A DNA stretch of 63,566 nt, filler included, from Choristocarpus tenellus KU-1152 (Eukaryota > Protista > Phaeophyceae), in NCBI GenBank assembly GCA_964200185.2. It is 15 parts of 15 records of this genome, joined end to end, with 100 filler letters (N's around TTAATTAATTAA, not from the genome) between each part and the next. Parts side by side here need not be neighbours in the genome. Positions count along the whole stretch, not along the records: positions 38,174 to 47,001 come from CAXNAD020004289.1; positions 47,102 to 49,948 come from CAXNAD020024235.1; positions 50,049 to 52,937 come from CAXNAD020023898.1; 12 more parts are not named here. One strand, given 5' to 3'. Position 1 is the stretch's first letter. Each line of letters starts with the position of its first letter. The notes under the pieces were generated by a model that saw only the letters and a program-made list of their open reading frames with translations, made no database searches and was not told where the DNA came from. The translations under genes and the position numbers were made by a program. Below, in pieces: positions 39,950 to 52,046 of this stretch.

Positions 39950-40888
39950 GTCAAGATCATGATAATTATTTATAGAAATGACCATAAAAAACAAATATAT
40001 GTGTTAGACGGTAAAGATATGTATCATTATCATAAATATTTATGCGTATTTGGTTCTTGTTATGTTGACAAATTTTGGCTTTTAGAACGGGTATATTTTA
40101 TTGTACAGGAGTGGTAGGAATGATATTTTGTGGACACAATCAAGATATGTCATTATCATTTTTATTTTTTTGATCGGATTTTGGTCTTAATTTTGGACAA
40201 CACATCTTGTCCAATTATATGGAATACTGTTTGTATGAAATAAATAAGGGGTTTCAGTGACCCCTTTAGTCTTCTTTGTACTTGAACGAACGAAATATCT
40301 ATATTCAATTTGTAGTATAACAGAAAGAAGTTGTATTGTTGTGTGACCTTTCTCTGATACTATTCGTCGAAACCACCACAATCTGTAACCATGGACTATT
40401 TTTATAGCGTTGACCTGCATGTTAAACCCTTTACAATAATCAAGGAACTGCAGCGCGACAACTAATTCCACCTCCTAGACTTTTTCTCAAGAATAGAAAA
40501 GGTATATGGAGCCCTTTCCAAATCGAACAATTTGATGATGATCAAACTTGGACAGAACTTGAACACATTTAGGACTTTGGGACTATCTCTTCTAATTTCT
40601 CGGTCGAAATTCGAAATTCTGGGTAAATGTTTAACCACCATTACATCATCTATCGAACAAATGAGTTGTAATCTATCATAAATTATTTCAGTAGCATGGC
40701 AGGAAGTTGAGGAACTCTGTCCTTGGTGGCCGAGTATATATTTTGTGATTCCATCTAGGGTCACTTTTCTTGTATGAAGGGATGCAAACACATACTTTCT
40801 CCTGTACTTCTCTGGAATCTGTTTGTGTCTGATCACCTCTATTCTTCTGGTTGTAACGATAAAAACCAGCTCTAAAGCTGATGATCAT
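39950..40888 (-). pseudogene. AT-rich intronless decayed gene, possibly primase small-subunit (AEP)-like
   Basis: ORFs 40836-40462 and 40471-40187 join by a 1-nt frameshift; motif order resembles the eukaryotic primase small subunit by eye only. Confidence 0.3.
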
Positions 40889-42663
40889 TGTGAGTAAATC
40901 TTATTATATGCTCATCGTTGCACACCCGTATGTTTCGGATTACAGGGCTACCCTGTCACCTACGTGACAACACTAGCAAAAAATCTTTAATGGGCATGTA
41001 TCTTCCCTGCTTCGACGAAGGTGGACTGTGGGTCTGGCAAATCCATCAATTTTCTACGTGCAAATGGTCATACCCACCAAGGACGAGTGAGACTACCTGT
41101 GTCAAGCACTATTGGTTGAGTATGGGGTCTTGCCAAGGATATAATACTCTCGATACTTTGCAGTGGATGTATCATCTTCTTCTACTATTAACATATTCTA
41201 CTACTACTGCGCGTTTCTGGTGAGTGTAAGGGACTTGGTGTTAAGACCGTTTCCTGATGGTGTTATATTATTGTGAGTTATGAATGTGAGGAAGGGGTTC
41301 TCAAAATAAATCTTATTGTAAAATATTATAGTATGATTGGTAGAGCCAATACTCAGAGATTGTTCTTATTATGTCAATGACAGTCTTTCATTCCAAAAAA
41401 TTATGTAGTTCACATTACATATATACATAAATTATTGTTTTCCCTTCCCACATTTGACGAATCCTTCCTCACATCTCCAACTCACAAAAGAACTATATTG
41501 TTATCTTTTTGACATTTTGGACACGTGTCAGGGGAAAAAACAATGAAAACTATTCACATGTCAAAAAAATCTCTAGATTCTTTATTGTCATCTCTTCCTC
41601 TTGTCAGATATTATGTACATGTACTTCCTTTTTCTCCTCTTTTTTAATTGCCTGTTCGACTTCATACCATGCGTCCACCATAGACCTTTTTTTTTTCTCC
41701 GTACTACATCTCAACCACCATCCTGCATTATTCTAATGATGTGCCATAGTCAGTCAATCAATCACTATACCATCAACAATACACAAGAAGACTCAATATC
41801 AAGTCTTGACCCAACACTTTCCACCACCCCCTATCTACAACAGTACACAACCGCAACTAAGACTCAGAGTCAAGCTAATTGAGAGGTACAGGTTTGGACA
41901 CTTTTTACATCCTGAGCCGTCTTTCTTACTCATCGGAATAAACCATTTCATTGCTCTTTGTACACGATAGTACATACAAAATTGATATTCCCCCTCTCCA
42001 CAAAGTGACACCGTAATTAAAAAAAGGGTCTTTCTGAAATTATTAAAAATGGGGTCATTTTTCCCTTTCTTGGGATCCTTAAAATGCAACCCTCCCTACT
42101 TCTCAATGGGGTTGCCTCTCCACATAAAAAGGCATCAAAATCGCATACAGAAATTCGAACACAGACATACCAAGACGTAAAAAGCATGTGCAACAAATAA
42201 GTCATACCAAACAATTCAAGTGGAGCATCGCCTAACCAAGGTGTACGAAAACTACATGTTTTGCACTCTTTTCACAAAAAAAAAATGCCACAAATATTTG
42301 CAGGCTCTTTTTGCGAGGGTCAAAAACGGACGCCGGCACATCCCTCCAGATACTTTAACCCAGATTCACAAAAACTGAACTTGGACATTAAAGGGGACGC
42401 TTTAAAGGCAAGCCTACCTACCTCTCAGTTGGTTTGACTCTATGCCATCTGTGTAATACACCCTTATTTAATTGCTATAATTGCATAATAGTGTTCACAG
42501 CGTTCAATTTCTCCCTTTTCACACACAGAGTTCCATCACAACTCTGCCAAACGTCTTTTCTACAATTGTACAAGATGGCATATTTTTGCCCTTTCTCGGG
42601 GTCTGTAACCTTGCCTACCTCTCGACTACTTTGGCTCATATTATCCTTTCCTCGTCTAATGTT

Positions 42664-42846
42664 GACCCGAAGTATCTAGGGAGGGGAGGGAGGGTCTATG
42701 CCAGTGTGTCCATTTGGCCCAAAATCAGGAATAGTGCATGTACATTATCCATCGGACTTATGCAACCAAATCACCCAAAAATCGCGACATGGAAAAATTG
42801 ACCCCAATTGGACAGCCGACATCCCCCCCCCCAGATACTTTGAGTC
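42664..42846 (+). mobile_element. MITE family B, full-length copy
   Basis: GACCCGAAGTATC ... GATACTTTGAGTC with a perfect TGTT/TGTT duplication. Confidence 0.93.
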
Positions 42847-45299
42847 TGTTGGTGGTATCTATTGTGTGTAAGAACTGGTAGGCATGCCTCCAAGACGACC
42901 TTGACAAGTTTGAGATTGGGGCAGAGGCTTGGAGCACCAGAACTACTCACCAAAATGAGTGCTACAACTGTGTGGCTAATGGCACAACGAGGTTCATGGC
43001 CAAATGGCCTTCCAAGGAAGCTGTTATAGCTAATGTGTATCACACCAAAGCAGCAACTGTAAGGTCGCCCAAGCCACCAACACCACCACCACCACCATCA
43101 CTGTTTGCCGAATGCTGTTTTCCTTTTGGGGTGGTTCTCTTGTATCCTTTGTTCTTTTTCCTTCTCTTCCCCTTACGTTTTTTGGGTGGTAATGGTGTTT
43201 TTCTTCTGCAGGTTCTATTCTTCCTTTTTCTTCTTTCCTTTTCTCCTCTTTTTACGTTTTCCCTTTTTCTTCTGGTGGTTTGTTTTGTTTTACGGTCGAG
43301 TATTTGCCTTCTTTGAAGTACCTTTTTGACCACATGTCTGAGATCCCTCATACACAGTAATGTGATGAAATAATAATGATAAAAATAGTAATAACAAGAA
43401 TAACTACAGTAATGGTAATAATAACAATGATAATACCAAATAATCGAACGTTTTCCGGATTTTAACGCCTCTCCTGACAAAAAAAACATCCCTAATCTTA
43501 ACGACGTTTGATGTAGAGAGTCATTGATCAGCTCTCAAGGAAGGGTGGAGGGTGAGGGGGGAGGGTGGAATTCGTGTCATTTATTATTCCACTTATATCA
43601 CTCTGTTGTATTCTTTACCTTAAACATACCACCATTTACCCTTCTTCAAAGCAATATGAATATACCAGACAAGGGGCACAACTAACACGACAACAACAGC
43701 CGGTATTGCTTACGGCTAAGGCCTTCTGATGCACAAGATAGCTTTTCTGTATTTTGAAAACAAGAAAACAAAAAATTACTGCTGTGATTGGCATGTCTGA
43801 TAGTATCAGTCTCTCTATCGACTCTATATATCGTCTTTCCGTCGACGATATGGTTGGTTGTTCACCGACTGTTTCGCAGTGCATCTACATTATGATTGTG
43901 GCGTCTCTTCCTCCTTGGGTCCATTGTTTCAGATCTCGCAGACTTTTCCACAGCTTGTTCTTGACCACAAGAAAAGTATTTCCGGTCTCCCTTCAATGTT
44001 CTTTTTTATGTGGTTGAATCTGCTTCTCCGAGAATGGGAAGAGTGGCTTCCAGTCCCTTTGCAGTTCTCTCCTTTCCCTCACCTCTTCTGTTGACCTGTT
44101 TCAGGTTGGCCTTGATCCGCCTGTGGCTTTGCCAGTTCCACTTCGGCGAGTCACCTTGCCTCCCACATTTAAAATACACAACCTATCTTCATCACTGGAT
44201 TCGTTTTCTTTTTGCATAATCACCCACAATTATACTCTGTGGTTGTGGTTAATCGAAGCCTTTTTCTTATATTGGAGACTTATATGGGAGACTTATTTGG
44301 AGCAAGAAACAAATTTCCTAGGGTTAGGATTGCAATACAAATCATGTGTTTTCTCACGTCACAGACCAAATCATGTTCCAAGTGGTGTTGAACACTGACT
44401 GGTCAGGGTAGTTCGAGCATTTCAGAGTGAGGGGTGATACTGTCATGTTCGTCGTGAAGGGTAAGCCCTTGTTGGTCATTTCGATGTCAGCCATCTGTTG
44501 AGCACAACTCTATCTTAACGCAGGTCAAAATAGGGCGGCTTCTATACAGTATTTTATACAATCCTCACCAATAACAGGTACGTGCTACTAAAATAAGGTG
44601 TTTTGGTCTTTGAATCATCCCTTCCTTGAAACAACTTTAATCTATACATTGCAGTCACAAAAGTAAATACAGTAAAAAAATGTTGCTGTGACGATTTGTG
44701 TGATAAATGAGGCTGCTTGCCACCTGATCAACTCCTCCCGTATCAATAGCGCCACAGCTGCAGCATCCAATAGGGTTATAAGTGCAACCACTACGATAGA
44801 TTTTTTTTTAATCCTTGTATATTAATCTCAGCTCCTTCGCACCAGAAAGTTTGGGAAAATTCAGTAGGAGAGCAGAGTGTTTCCTTGATAAGCTGGCCAC
44901 ACGTGCGTGCAGTTGGGGGGAGAGGGGCTTGGGGCTCTTTAGGGAGGTGGCCGTCAAAACTCGTTTGAGAGAAAGGGTATCCGCAACTAACTGCACCAGT
45001 AACTCTTTCGGGGCGTGACATATGTTTCAAGCCGGAGACACTGATTTTGTTTTTACATTGAAGGTGTTTAGTGGGGAGTCGGGAAAAAATCCAATTCCTA
45101 GTCAGAGTGGGTTAAATCGTTCACTGTATCATGTTCTATGAATTGGACAGAGTATGTAGATGCGTAACCAAGCCAAATCAATTGAGAAGTAGGCAGGGTT
45201 ACATTTGAAGGATCTCGACAAAGGGCAAAAAGACGAGATTTTGTACAATTCCACAAAGAGCCGTTGCCCCATTGTGGTGTCACTTTGCCTACACAAGCA

Positions 45300-45870
45300 A
45301 CTGCTCATCCTTACCAGATCTCCTTTGGTATTGAAGACAATACCCCCATCATCAGCAGCATAAAGTCATACCCCACAAAAGTCGTACCTCTTCATGTGTT
45401 TTATCGACCGACAGAAAGCACACAACTTTGTTAATTTCTGATCTCCTGTGGGTTGTGCTGACTAAATTTGGCACACCTCCGACGAAGATGATCTCGGTCA
45501 TAGGTCAATTCCATGATGGTATGAGGGTGTGTGTTCGCATGAATGATGGTGAGTGCACAGACGAGCTTGAGATTGGACAGGTCCTTCAGTGGGAGTGTGT
45601 TCTTGCTCTTATCCAACTCTCTTCAGCAGAGCTAATTGTGACAGTTAAGGGGTTCACCTCTGACCAGGCTATCTCCACGGACACTGTTGTCATCGTGAAA
45701 ACTGTCACGAACAACTCGATCAGAGGAGGGTGACCAGAGAGAGGGACAATACTTGGTATGTGCTTTTTTCGACCAAGCTTTTGAAGGGCACGTCCAGTCT
45801 ATACCATGTTCAGTGTGGAGTGTCGGGGCTGGAAATCACACTGCTGCTCGTTAAGATATTCTACCATTCC
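45300..45870 (+). mobile_element. RTE-clade LINE reverse transcriptase relics
   Basis: LLWVVLTKFGTPPTKMISVIGQFHDGMRVCVRMNDGECTD on plus; EQQCDFQPRHSTLNMV as an inverted piece at about 45800-45860. Confidence 0.85.
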
Positions 45871-46177
45871 AGGTGTAATCTCCACACTACCGTGCAAGAA
45901 CCTTGAGGAGTGCTTGACAGTATATGTCACCAGCGAGATAGATGCACCTGCAGTTGCCACAACCAGGTCGGTCTTTCTTCTTGTATCGGACGGTGATGAC
46001 CGTGTCTTTCCACACCTGCGGCACGGCTTCCTCGTTTCAAAGAGAGATAAAGTAAACGAGAGGTACACAGATTTTGAACGTTTTTAGGATTTTAAGTCAA
46101 ATTTTTAATATTTCACATTTCATCAATATTTGTATGGATGAAGTGTTGAGACTGACTTCAGAACGTTAATCTCTGCA

Positions 46178-46492
46178 TTGTTCGAAAAAATTCGACGCAT
46201 TCAGAAAAACCTATTAAGCACTAAAAAAAAACGACGAATTTTGGACATATTTGTCAGCACAGTATGTAAACACTGGAAGATACCCACATCCTCCTATACG
46301 ACGAAAAAGGACCAGGGTTGCCTGGACTACCCCATAACCTTCCATTTCCCATGGTCCATAGAAAGTGGCCTTCTGGATGTATGTACTTTTTTCCATAAAC
46401 CCAAGGAGTTGAAAGAAAGAATCAAAGCAATGAAAGAAATATTATTCGAGAAGAAACAGAAAGACCGGAAGGGTTTTAAAAAGCTGACTTAG
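46178..46492 (+). pseudogene. AT-rich intronless ORF remnant, unknown (virus-like composition)
   Basis: Lys-rich 104-codon frame followed by the shared stem-loop cassette at 46570-46690. Confidence 0.3.
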
Positions 46493-48109
46493 TAGTTGAT
46501 TAGTTGGAAGATGGCGAATATTCTATATACATACTTCTCATGAACATGAAAAATATGATATTTTGAATGGTAAATTGATAAATATTTTTCACATTTATGA
46601 CAACTGTTACTTTTATAGGGATTTTTATTACATGTAAATAGTTTTCATTTTTCTTGTCACACATCTGTAAAATGTCAACAATGTAATAATAAAATATTTA
46701 GTGTTTATTTTAGTTTATTTCCACTGTCAGAATGTACAAAATGAAATTCATTATGGTATTTTGTCTAACAAAAATAAGAAAAGTTCATTAAGAAAATCAG
46801 TATGTGTGAATCGTGTAATTCTGTGGCGGCGTGGTTCACAGGCAAGGGTGGTGAAGAGAATCACCGGGCAAGACGGACCACACGAACAAGGACAAAACGT
46901 GACCGAGGGTACGAGGTTAAGGTTGGACAAGTGCAAACTTAGGAGTAATGAGCACCATCAAAGGTGGGGCTGCATCACCACCAGTCAAGACGTGAGAACA
47001 ANNNNNNNNNNNNNNNNNNNNNNNNNNNNNNNNNNNNNNNNNNNNTTAATTAATTAANNNNNNNNNNNNNNNNNNNNNNNNNNNNNNNNNNNNNNNNNNN
47101 NGGTGGATTGGATGGAAAAACGTTCACACAAGCTGTCAATGTAGTTGGTCTGTGTAATGGAGAGGGTACCACGCTGACAATCTCTTGTAGAAGTGCACCA
47201 GAAAACTGAGACAGTAAGTCAAGGTTTTTGATGGGAAACTCTTCATTCAGGGAAGCACAAAGGTCATTGCAATCATCACAAGACGTCAAAACCATTATAT
47301 CATCCACATGGACAGCAAGCATCATCTTGACAACACCATCTTTCCTGAATCTAAATACACACGGGTCAATCAGACACTGTTCAAAACCATTACGCTTAAG
47401 GGTGGAAACCGGCTTGGTATTCCAAATCCTAGAGGCTTGCTTTAAACCATATAGGGATCTCTGAAGGCGTACACAGTCGTATAAGAAGGATCTCCACATC
47501 CTTGTCGGAGGTGCATGTACACCTCCTAATCCAAGTCAGATTGAATAAATCTAGTCGCGGCAATATGTGTTGACCATGGAGGGTGTAGTGGCAACCAGGA
47601 TCTCTTTTGAAGTTAAGTACTCCATCTAATAGTGAGAATGTGCTGGCTGTGAAAATGCCTTTTGCATCCTTATCAGCTGCTGCTTCGCAAGAGAAAAGGC
47701 TGAATCCAAGATCAGGGACATGAGTGACATTCTGAAGGAGTATTTCTACCTCCTTGTTGTCACGTGACGGAAACAAGATGATTAGATCACCATGACCAGC
47801 AATGCAAAAGGAATTTTGGCTGGCAGTGACTACCCTTTCGTTTCCAACGCAAGGCTTGTAATTAGTCATGTGAGTTATCATATTAGTTACGTGACATGAA
47901 GTCACACTGTCCAAAATCCATCCTTCTCTCTTGCGGCCAACCCCAATACTTGACACCAAACATTCGTTTTCCCCACACTTGCCTGGAGCATTGCTGCTCG
48001 GAGAGTCCTCAGTGGCGACCAGTAGTGCGTATCGCTTGTTGTCGCCGCAGCTGGTGGTACTTTCCACAGCAATGTGGGAAGGATTCGCCTCAGTCTTGAT
48101 CAGTTCTTT

Positions 48110-48366
48110 AAGCCAAAGTATCTTAGAGGGTAGATCCGCGTCCATTTGGGTGTCAAAATACAATGTTCCGATTTTGATGTAATTTTGACTATCGTGTTTC
48201 TTGGAGGAGTCAATATCCTTGTTCCGCACACACCTTTTCATAGCGTATAAATTTTACCTACTCTGAAACATATCAGAGTAGAAAAACGTCATAAACCACC
48301 TGTGGGAAGCCAAGCCCCAAATGGACAAACAGGGCAAAAATCGTACCCTCTAAGATACTTTCACTC
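48110..48366 (-). mobile_element. MITE family A inserted in Copia
   Basis: Both TIRs present; CTTT/CTTT duplication. Confidence 0.93.
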
Positions 48367-48829
48367 CTTTCCCCCACTCCACCGTAGTCGAGAACACTGA
48401 AGTGCGTGTTGTTGCATCCTGGGCACGTCCACCACATTTGGTGTAAATGAATTTTGGGCAAGCTGGCTTCTCATGTCCATGCTTACAGCATCTCTCACAA
48501 GGAATCTTCTCGGAACATTTTGGGTTGGAATTATAACCATTTTTCCTCTTCTACCATTAAATTTACGTTCGACCCCGCGACCTTGGCCGTTGCGATGAGA
48601 CTGATTCTTCTCTTGCGATGAGCTGTTAACGACCAACGCATGGCTGTTCTTGTATCTTGAGTTCTTCCCCTGATGAAGGGAAGCATATCGCTCTCTAGCA
48701 GGTTTCTCCACGTCTGCTCGACATCGTGTTCTCTGCGAGACCATCATGCGTATCTCGGTGTATTGTAATCTGATCCGAGAGCACTCAGGAACTGTAAGAG
48801 CAGCAGCTTGTTCGAGATGACCGGGTCCA

Positions 48830-49090
48830 GAGCCAAATTATCTTAGAGGGTAGAGCCACGTCCATTTGGGGGCCAAAATCCAATGTTGCATTTTTTTAAT
48901 GTAATTTTGGCTATCATGCTTGTTAGGAGATGTCAGTATCCTTGTTCCGGACACACCTTTTCATAACGTATACATTTTACCTACTCCGAAACATTTTGGA
49001 GTAGGTAAAATGTCCTTAAAAACCCGTGGGAAGTCAAACCCTAAATGAACAAACAGTGAAAAACTTGTACCCTCTAAGATAATTTCACTC
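48830..49090 (-). mobile_element. MITE family A inserted in Copia gag
   Basis: Both TIRs present; TCCA/TCCA duplication. Confidence 0.93.
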
Positions 49091-49133
49091 TCCATTAATA
49101 GCATCCTCCCCCGCAGCTCTTCCAGGTGGTTTA

Positions 49134-49392
49134 GAGTGAAAATATCTTAGAGGGTACGATTTTTTCCCTGTTTGTCCATTTGGGGCTTGGCTTACGATGG
49201 GTTTTTTTACGACATTTTCCTACTCCAAAACGTTTCGAAGTAGGTAAAGTGTGTATGTTATCAAAAGGTGTGTCCGGAACAAGGATGTTGATACTTCCTA
49301 ACAAGAACGAGGGTCAAAATGACATCAAAATTGCAACATCGGATTTTAGCCCCCAAAGGGACGAGGCTCTACCCTCTACGATACTTTGACTC
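49134..49392 (+). mobile_element. MITE family A inserted in Copia gag
   Basis: Both TIRs present; TTA/TTA duplication. Confidence 0.93.
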
Positions 49393-50309
49393 TTAAGGTC
49401 AGGACTGGATTTGCCCCCTTCTCCACCTATGAAGTGAAAAACTCACGGACCAAATGTTGGCTATTACCCACTGTATTGGGCATGAACCAATTAATCTATT
49501 GCTCGGAAAATCTCGCTCGGGATTTGGTGCGTATAGCACAGTGCCCTGGTGATGGGTGCAACGAGAGCAACAGTAAGTGCATGGTAGGCCTCTTCGGCCA
49601 TCCAGATATCATTCACACTGAAGCCGTCCGAGAGAAGTTCCTCGTTGGAGCGTTCTTGACTGACTGGTCTTTCATTTGTCAACGCATCCAAACAGTGAGT
49701 ATATCTGCAATGCACGATGAAACGCCTCCGCCAGTCCCGGTAGTCCGAGTCGTCCAATAGTTTCGGTGGTTGGGTTCTTGATCTCTTTGTCGTAGGGCGA
49801 ACAATATGTGCGCCTGACCCCAAGCTCTCCGAAGAACCGGACCTCCGGCTTGCTCCACTTCTGATGCTCGCAGCATCCAAACTGTTTCCCCTCTCTGGGA
49901 AATTTTCCCTCAACATGGGTTTGATAGGACCCACTTCGACTGGTACGCNNNNNNNNNNNNNNNNNNNNNNNNNNNNNNNNNNNNNNNNNNNNTTAATTAA
50001 TTAANNNNNNNNNNNNNNNNNNNNNNNNNNNNNNNNNNNNNNNNNNNNTCTGGTTGTTTAAGAGGAGATTACCTATTGTGAACACATTGATAGCCGAAGG
50101 CGGTCTCCACAATGAGCAAAACACACACACACATACACACCTCAAGGGAGGAGCCATAGGGGGGCAGTTACAACTCAATGACACTCCCCTCTAAGGTGGT
50201 TAATCACTCTCTACTATAAACATTATCGTTGCCAATATCAATACTAATATTAATGAAAATAATAATAACAATAGTATATATTTAGTAACAGACTAAATTT
50301 GAAATGTAC

Positions 50310-50920
50310 CGGACCCACTTGAGGGGCAATGAGCGGGTAAGCTGTTGTTAAAACACTCCTGCAGCTCAAGAACAGCTTGACTAAGAAGAGGATAAATACC
50401 AATATGACAGTACTTCCAATCTAGTTAAAGGTCGCCATACTCACAACCACCACAACTACAAATACTACTTCTATCACTACCACTACCACTACCACTACCA
50501 CCACCACCACCACCGCCACTAATAACAATAATAAACTCTTCTTCTGCTCAGCATCAGTTTGGTCAATTTGCATGGACAAGCAGAAAATACCACATCGGGA
50601 AGGCTTTTCTATCTGCAATGCATGGGGGGCGACGTGGAATAGATGTATTTAGACTGACCTGAAGTTATCTGACATTCTAGGGTACACCTCACAATAACCT
50701 ATTGCAAGATCCCTGCAAAAAAAAAGAGCAAGCAATACGTCTGATAACACCTTGGGCAGTTACAACTAACTTGGCCTGCCCCACACACTGTCAGTTTCAA
50801 CTCGTTTGAAATTGATTTGAACTTATTATTATTATTATTATTATTAACTATTGGCTGCAGATTCATTGAAACGCAATTCAGCTCAGGGAATAAAAATAAA
50901 ATCTACCTTCTAAACTCGAA

Positions 50921-50960
<40 letters not shown>

Positions 50961-52046
50961 TTCTCCTCATAGAGCTCTACACACCATGCAAGGTTAGCAG
51001 AACACAACCAACAACAACGCCCACTCAGAATAAAAAATAAAATCTTTTTGGATAGGGTTAGGGTTCACAAGCTCCAGGCCGACAACGAGGTCAACAATTC
51101 ATCGGCATAAAAATATATATATATATACACCTTTTCATAATCCAAACCCCAGAGGAGGAATTCGTTCTGCTCCTCACAACAGCAACCCCCCCCCCGCTCC
51201 CTATCATTTTATCATATTATTTATTTTCAACAAGCGGAGCAAACAATCATCCATTCTCGAATGAAACATGCACCAATCGAAACACACATATTCAACACCA
51301 AAATAAATAAATAAACAACCGACCGTTTCGCACAGTTACACCAACCAACCAACCAAACATACTGGAGGTATCCTTTGTATCCTTTGTCACACAAACACGT
51401 CTCATCTTCAGAGCGAGCATCGAGAAGGAAGGCCAACGGGGCAACGGGGTTACAAACAGCGTGTTGAGGTAGGTTGGGGTTAGGGAAGAGAACATCTTCC
51501 TCCTCACAACCCAGACAAGCCTAGTACTTCCGACTGGCATGACTTACTACTCTCCGAAAGCTAAAGACTAAGCACCAGGAATGAGGGGGAAACCATCACC
51601 ATCACCATCACCACCACCATCACCATCACCATCACCCTAACCCTAACCACCACCACCGTGTGTGTGTGTACCCAAGTTCACCGTACTGTATAATATCACC
51701 CTTCAAGAGATAGATCAAAGGATACATAATGCCATCATGGGGCTTTCACAGGAACATTGACAACAGGTCAAAGGTCTCTCTCTACATAATACCACAGCAA
51801 CTTCTATATATAAGTATATACATACAAATACCACAATACCCCAAGCACTAATACCAGTACATGCACCTAAGTCTCACTCACCTCCTCTCCCTCCTTTGCT
51901 AATCCTCTACCAACAACACTCCCATCCCCAGCAGCAATAACCTTTCCCAAACTCCTTGGGGCATCCACCCCGCCACCTGCCCCTGCTTCACCCCCTTCAC
52001 CCCCAACGGACACCTCCTCAGGCTCAGTAGCATTCTTCGAGAAGGC
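50310..52046 (-). CDS. Gene fragment with an EGF-like cysteine motif; exons 52046-51882, 51520-51363, 50712-50659, 50358-50310
   Basis: Four exons join in phase (0, 2, 2): HAVCNP...ETCLCDKGYKGYLQ-DLAIGYCEVYPR; the exon 2 acceptor is weak. Confidence 0.6.

Larger units (their letters stand above)
47102..49948 (-). mobile_element. Ty1/Copia LTR retrotransposon relic (gag, zinc knuckle, protease, RT fragment; integrase deleted)
   Basis: Gag-like DYRDWRRRF, CCHC knuckle CERCCKHGHEKPAC at about 48499-48458, protease WILDSVTSCHVT, RT RLQRSLYGLKQASRIWN and MLAVHVDDI. Confidence 0.93.

Noticed and set aside
43600-44500. Possible LTR retrotransposon gag/integrase fragments
   Set aside because: Heavily degenerate; strand and identity were inconsistent by eye.
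49180-49389. ORFs within MITE copies (also 1347-1646, 12858-13112, 34632-34823)
   Set aside because: Frames are not preserved between copies; these are non-coding elements.
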